Source: Gemmatimonadales bacterium (lineage in GTDB: Bacteria; Gemmatimonadota; Gemmatimonadetes; Gemmatimonadales; GWC2-71-9). From it: DNA of 52,925 nt. The stretch covers positions 1 to 52,925 of the forward strand of contig JBFGJG010000031.1 of NCBI GenBank assembly GCA_041577295.1, read 5' to 3'. Positions 50,901 through 52,925 of the stretch are shown in pieces; the stretch's first letter is position 1, and each line of letters starts with the position of its first letter. The position numbers and the translations under genes are program-made. Below the pieces are notes generated by a model. It was given only the letters and a program-made list of their open reading frames with translations. It searched no databases and was not told where the DNA came from.

Positions 50901-52925
50901 ATGAGTTGACGTGCACCGTGCGCCTCGGCGACCTCGAGATCAGCGCCAACACCACTGGAGGCGATATCGATCCCGATGGCTACACAGTCACCATCAACGA
51001 CACGCTCGATCTCGCGCTCGGGATCAACGAAACCGTCACGATATCCGACGTGAACGAGGGTGAGTATACCGTGCTGCTGAGCGATGTCATCGCCAACTGC
51101 ACCGTGACGACGAGCAACCCTGACACCGTCACCGTCCCCTACAACGGGACCGGCAGCACGACGTTCGACGTGGAGTGTGTGACCCGCACGGGGGATCTCG
51201 ACGTCTCGGTGTCCACTACGGGGATCGACGTCGATCCCGATGGCTACACGGTGCTCGTCGATGGCTCGACCTCTCAGGCGATTGCCGTCGACGGTACGGT
51301 CACCTTCGCCGGTCTCACGGAGGGCGATCACACCGTGGAGCTCACCGGGGTCGAAGCCAACTGTACCATCACGAGCACTACTCCGGTGACGGTGACAGTG
51401 CCTTATGACGGCGCTACGAACACGAGCTTTACGGTGGATTGTGTCGAACGGTTGGGCGATCTCGTTGTCTCGGTAACCACCACGGGTGGTGATCTCGACC
51501 CCGACGGCTACACGATCACGCTCGATGGGACGACAGGGCAGTCGGTCGCGATCAACGATACGATCACGTTTGCCGCGCTCACCGAGGGTGACCACAGTGT
51601 GGAGATCAGTGGGCTCGCGGACAACTGTGCAGTGACGAGCGCCAACCCCGCAACGGGGACCGTGCCCTATGCGGGGACCGGCAGCGTCGTGTTCACCGTC
51701 GACTGCGTCGCCCGAACCGGCGCACTCGATGTTTCGGTGTCGACCACTGGTACCGACCTCGACCCGGATGGGTATACGGTCACGGTCGATAGCACGGATT
51801 CCCAGTCTATAGCCGTCAACGGGTCTGTGACGTTTGCCGCGCTCGCCGAGGGAGATCACTCGGTGGAACTTGGGGGTCTAGCTACCAATTGTTCGTTGAC
51901 GAGTGCAAACCCCGTAGCGGTGACGATCCCATTCGAAGGGACGGCGACGGCCAACTTCACCGTGGACTGTGTCCAACGCCTCGGCGATCTCGACGTCACG
52001 GTTACCACGAGCGGGAGCGACCTCGACCCGGACGGCTACACGGTGACCGTCGATGGTACGACCTCGCAAGCAATCGCGATCGACGGCACCGTCACCTTCA
52101 CCGCGCTCACTGAGGGCGATCACGACGTCGAGCTCACCGGCCTCGCCGACAATTGCACCGTTGCTGAAGCCAACCCCGCAACCGCGAACGTCCCATACGC
52201 CGCGACCGCTTCTACCGCCTTCACGGTCACTTGCACCGCCCGCGTCGGTACGCTCGAACTCCAGGTCACCACCACCGGCACCGACCGTGACCTCAACGGG
52301 TACACCGTCTCCATCGACGATGGCGCCCGCACCCGCACCATCGCGAGCAACGATACGATCTTCGTCGGCAACCTGGCCGAGGGCGACCACACCGTCGAAC
52401 TGACCCAAATGCAGGGGAACTGCTCCGTCAACGGTCCCCACCCAGCCACCGTCGCGATCCCCTACGCCGATACCGTCACCGTGATCATGCCCGTCGAGTG
52501 TGTCGACCGGCTCGGCAGCCTCGAGGTCGCCACCGTCACCACCGGTGTCGACCTGGACACCGCCTACACCATCACCGTCGACGGAACGACCAGCCAGACC
52601 GCCGGGCCCAACGACACCGTCATCTTCACCGACCTCAGTGACGGCACCCACGTCCTGGAGATCACCGGTATCGCCGGCAATTGCACCCTCACGGGGGAGC
52701 GCTTCGTCGCCGTGACGATCGCCTTCCAGGACACGACGACGCATACGTACGACCTGACGTGTACCGAGCGGCTCGGGGATCTCCAGATCCGCGCAACCAC
52801 CAGCGGTGCCGATCTCGACCCCGACGGCTACACCGTGACCGTCAACGACACACTCAGCCTCGCGCTCGGCATCAACGAGACCATCGTCGTGAACAACCTG
52901 CACGAGGGGGATCACACGGTCGCCC
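47972..52925 (+). CDS. Very large surface (lipo)protein of about 88-aa Ig-like/PEGA-like repeats; partial, runs off the right edge (at least 1651 codons)
   Basis: Not in the ORF track because it has no stop. GGAGG then TTG 47972; hydrophobic segment ending ATVRC-GSD; about 18 repeats of LxVxxxTTGxDLDPDGYTVTVDG...LxEGDHxVELxGxAxNCTV...NP.T..VP...FxVxC. Confidence 0.88.
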   Translation, partial: MTSRSRGTPLRSSEQPATRRARVRDESIPSSATRALTVLLVVTLATVRCGSDARTGPSDPVSRLEVSASTTGEDLDPNGYTATLDGSSSQSIPINGSVTFSNLSAGSHTVALSDVAGNCTVQGDHPRTVVVQAGLKSAATISVTCSPLIGNLAVSVATTGTDIDANGYTVSVTEVAATAAALSDTISGVSARDSSFGEPPDSIGQGEAEAASATEAAAPATEVQRVPSNGEVTFEGLPDGAHSVTLGDIAVNCSVVATMPVTVDVLPNETASLHIEVECEQLVGALRVNIATTGEDLDPDGYFLTLDDSVVESVDIDDNVVFAGLDEGLHTVELTGLAENCTVVGENRRTIDVPLDGSASTSFAVTCMSLGSGLTVEVSTTGSALDPDGYTLTVNDTLSRAVPVNGSVTFFNLADGTHTVRLSGVANNCTLSGTNPRTVRLPRVLPVRFEIACSERTGNLTVSVATSGDDPDPDGYEIIVDATHNEAIGQNESVTFADLAEGDHSIELVDLADNCQVSESNPQSASIAFGETTNIAFTITCEPRVSDLVVTTTTAGDDLDPDGYTVTADGTDSRAIEANGSVTFEALPEGDHIVELSGIAANCTAADANSATVSVVFGTVSTHGFQIDCITRTGTLEVSVTTTGIDPDANGYTITSDGTDVGTVDATGTVAIDGLTEGDHQIALTDVAGNCTVTSTNPVTVTVPYADTVATSYTVDCVQRLGDLQITTSTTGEDIDPDGFTLSIDGVDHGAVTVTDTIVVTGLTEGDHTVELAGIADNCTVSGTNPRTATVPYAATGSANFTIRCEDRVGVLELMVLTTGTDRDLNGYTVSIDDGARTRTIASNDTIYVGNLAEGDHTVQLDEVANNCTVSNNNDNSVTVAYADTVSLSLTVDCAERLGSIEVTTVTTGVDLDTAYTIAVDGTNGQTAGPNDTVLFADLDAGTHIIEITGIAGNCTLTGERFLAVTVAFQDTTRHTYELTCTVRLGDLEISANTTGGDIDPDGYTVTINDTLDLALGINETVTISDVNEGEYTVLLSDVIANCTVTTSNPDTVTVPYNGTGSTTFDVECVTRTGDLDVSVSTTGIDVDPDGYTVLVDGSTSQAIAVDGTVTFAGLTEGDHTVELTGVEANCTITSTTPVTVTVPYDGATNTSFTVDCVERLGDLVVSVTTTGGDLDPDGYTITLDGTTGQSVAINDTITFAALTEGDHSVEISGLADNCAVTSANPATGTVPYAGTGSVVFTVDCVARTGALDVSVSTTGTDLDPDGYTVTVDSTDSQSIAVNGSVTFAALAEGDHSVELGGLATNCSLTSANPVAVTIPFEGTATANFTVDCVQRLGDLDVTVTTSGSDLDPDGYTVTVDGTTSQAIAIDGTVTFTALTEGDHDVELTGLADNCTVAEANPATANVPYAATASTAFTVTCTARVGTLELQVTTTGTDRDLNGYTVSIDDGARTRTIASNDTIFVGNLAEGDHTVELTQMQGNCSVNGPHPATVAIPYADTVTVIMPVECVDRLGSLEVATVTTGVDLDTAYTITVDGTTSQTAGPNDTVIFTDLSDGTHVLEITGIAGNCTLTGERFVAVTIAFQDTTTHTYDLTCTERLGDLQIRATTSGADLDPDGYTVTVNDTLSLALGINETIVVNNLHEGDHTVA
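48165..52925 (+). repeat. Tandem coding repeats of about 264 nt (18 copies, the last partial)
   Basis: GA(C/T)CTCGA(C/T)CC.GA(C/T)GG.TA(C/T)-like motif recurs near 48190, 48455, 48857, 49120, 49377, 49640, 49905, 50170, 50435, 50700, 50963, 51225, 51490, 51755, 52020, 52283, 52550 and 52811. Confidence 0.9.

Noticed and set aside
48407..52915. Long minus-strand ORFs (49043..50011, 50156..51859, 51878..52915 and others)
   Set aside because: Antisense shadows of the plus-strand repeat protein, typical of GC-rich codon bias.
48165..52925. CRISPR array or non-coding tandem repeat
   Set aside because: Units are about 264 nt, in frame and synonymously diverged; there is no repeat-spacer structure and no cas gene.

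Overview
GC-rich bacterial chromosomal segment, most consistent with Gemmatimonadota (inference from the 'LAAALEGRYRIERELGAGGMATV' type Ser/Thr kinases, the DLDPDGY-repeat surface protein and apparent leaderless genes). It holds about 35 protein-coding genes and no rRNA, tRNA, CRISPR array or transposase. Top finding (5863-7224, minus strand): a monomeric PheS-like ligase (resembling the 'mystery ligase' SrmL family) is split exactly at a prfB-type +1 frameshift cassette, AGG AGG GAT CTT TTC C, with a Phe codon where prfB has UGA. The 373-aa frameshift product contains no Phe at all, and the gene lies behind a leader peptide plus attenuator. Together these suggest an undescribed Phe-tRNA-sensing back-up synthetase system. 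Other notable items: an unannotated selenocysteine peroxiredoxin with a SECIS hairpin next to ccdA-tlpA; a cold-shock cluster (csp, csp, rpsU, infA, hypothetical, DEAD-box helicase, desaturase) with a shared structured 5'UTR; a PilB/GspE-REC fusion with a sigma54 promoter; an isolated aceK; and a giant protein of 88-aa repeats running off the right end.
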